From: Callorhinchus milii
Lineage: Eukaryota
DNA: 64,000 nucleotides
Assembly (NCBI RefSeq): GCF_018977255.1
Contig: NW_024704742.1
Location: forward strand, 29,886,001 to 29,950,000
Direction: 5' to 3'
Shown: piece after piece, positions 62,420 to 64,000 of the stretch
How the letters are laid out: each line of letters opens with the position of its first letter
Numbering within the stretch: position 1 is the stretch's first letter
Notes under the pieces: generated by a model
Told to the model about the DNA's origin: nothing
The model's database searches: none
The model's input: the letters and a program-made list of their open reading frames with translations, nothing else
Made by a program: the position numbers and the translations under genes

Positions 62420-64000
62420 GTATTTGTGTGGCAGCCAATTGCGCACAGCAATAAATCTATAATTAATTTCTCTGTATAGTTTCAAAACTCATTTTACTTT
62501 GATGATTTCAGTTTTTTTACACAGATCTTATTGACATTTGTTTCACTGAAAGCAGCTGGTGTGCTTATTGTTTGGGAGAAGGAGAAAAAAAAACACCACT
62601 GAAAAGCTTTTAAATGACCAGACAAAGAGCAAAAATTTGCTAGCTAACACTCTCTGTAACAGTAACAAATAGGAACATTACGCTGCATAAATAAGTTTGT
62701 GTTTATGACATGAATTAAGAATGAGGATGCTAAAAGCACCTGTCATATTTGATGTTTTAAGTTTTTCTTCCCTCTGTCTCACCGAAAGTACCGTCGAATA
62801 GAATCTGTAACTGAATCATCTGAAATACTCCAGGCTTCACAACCACACAATTACCAGGAGGAACTGGAGCTACTTTAACAGACACAAGGAACAATAACAT
62901 CTCATTTCTTCACAGACGGATCATATGGCCGACTATTATCGTTGCATCATGGCTACATTATTGGTCTCTTGGCAGGCTCCTGTGAGACCCTTGTGAATGC
63001 CTCAATAGATTCCAAAAGGATGTGTAAAGCTACAGCATTTACACTGCAGTAGTGCAGATATCTTTTCTTTTCCCCCCTCCCCCATTTTATTGATGAACAA
63101 AGACATTACTGAACAGCGAAATAAAAGCACCAAGTATCTGGGCACATAGACACAAGCAAAAGAAGAAGAGCATAATCCATGAAAGATAAAATAACTAGAC
63201 AGGTGGTGAAAGGCAGTCTTGATGCAAGGCCTCCGAAAAAGCACTGAGACAATAGGATTTTAACAGTCTGTTCCAGCGGCTTCATTTTATTAGCTTTCAT
63301 TTTGTTGTGATTATATCTGATGGACTGACAAGTATATTGGGAAAAATATATTATCCAATGTGAAAGATTCCATCCTCTGCCTCCACCCATTCAACAGTAG
63401 TTGTGGCCACAGGTTTCTGTGTTGTATTATTACCTCTAACAAATAGCTGGGCATTTCAATCCAGTTAAAATTAGGATGCTGACTGAACTCAACTAGAAGC
63501 CTGTGAGGCAAATAGTCAAATATTGGTTGGGGATGGGGGAGCACAGTCAAAACAAGGCACTTGTCAAGTGGCAGATGCACAATTTTGAAAACCCAAACAC
63601 TGTGTTGAAGTTGGAGGTGGGGTTGGGGATGGTGTTCATCTCCACGACCAGTCTTTATGAAGGGATGGGAAAATACGCCTGGGCAGAAAGGATTCGATTT
63701 AGTAATTGTGCAGAACATCAACATTTTTTGCTGCTATTCCATTTCTTCATGTTCTATAATACTTGAACTCACATCGTCTAAGCTGCTACTCCAATGCAGT
63801 AATGGGGTGCGCTGCATTGTCAAACCCGTCCTTCTTTTGAGACGTTAAACTGAGGTCTTATCCGCCTAGTTTTTTCATGAATGTTTGTGGGATGTTGCTG
63901 TGTGCAGTTGGACTGCTTTCAAATACACAGTCACTCCATTTCACAGTAAAAATCCTGTGAAACGCTTTGAGACATCTTTCCAATATGATAAGGCACTATA

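Noticed and set aside
60484..64000. Further upstream MGAT4 exon (WRTKQNLDY...YYxQ)
   Set aside because: Searched by eye on the minus strand and not found; it probably lies beyond the window end.

Overview
This is eukaryotic, intron-rich vertebrate DNA. The SINE/LINE content (a tRNA-headed, Deu-domain, L2-tailed SINE plus L2 and CR1 fragments) suggests a cartilaginous fish; that assignment is inference. Two minus-strand genes were reconstructed by hand from GT-AG boundaries. (1) A complete calmegin gene (CLGN): 14 coding exons, 22879->7409, 1812 nt = 603 aa + stop, with a probable non-coding exon 1 near 29456-29500 in a CpG island. (2) The 3' part of an MGAT4 (GnT-IV) gene in the position of MGAT4D: 8 exons, 60483->37780, 283 aa + stop; its 5' exons were not found and probably lie beyond the window. 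Main observations: this MGAT4D-position gene keeps the whole C-terminal lectin domain that mammalian MGAT4D lacks. It also carries cis-features that could switch that domain on or off: a read-through stop, an AATAAA inside a splice acceptor, inverted SINEs around one exon, and a ~93-bp inverted repeat around the terminal-exon acceptor. The CLGN first exon lies between a ~45-unit compound satellite (30-bp core + variable (CT)n) and a ~30-unit GC-box minisatellite. Several palindromes/hairpins and a Tigger-like MITE are also present. No prokaryotic systems or true CRISPR arrays were seen.
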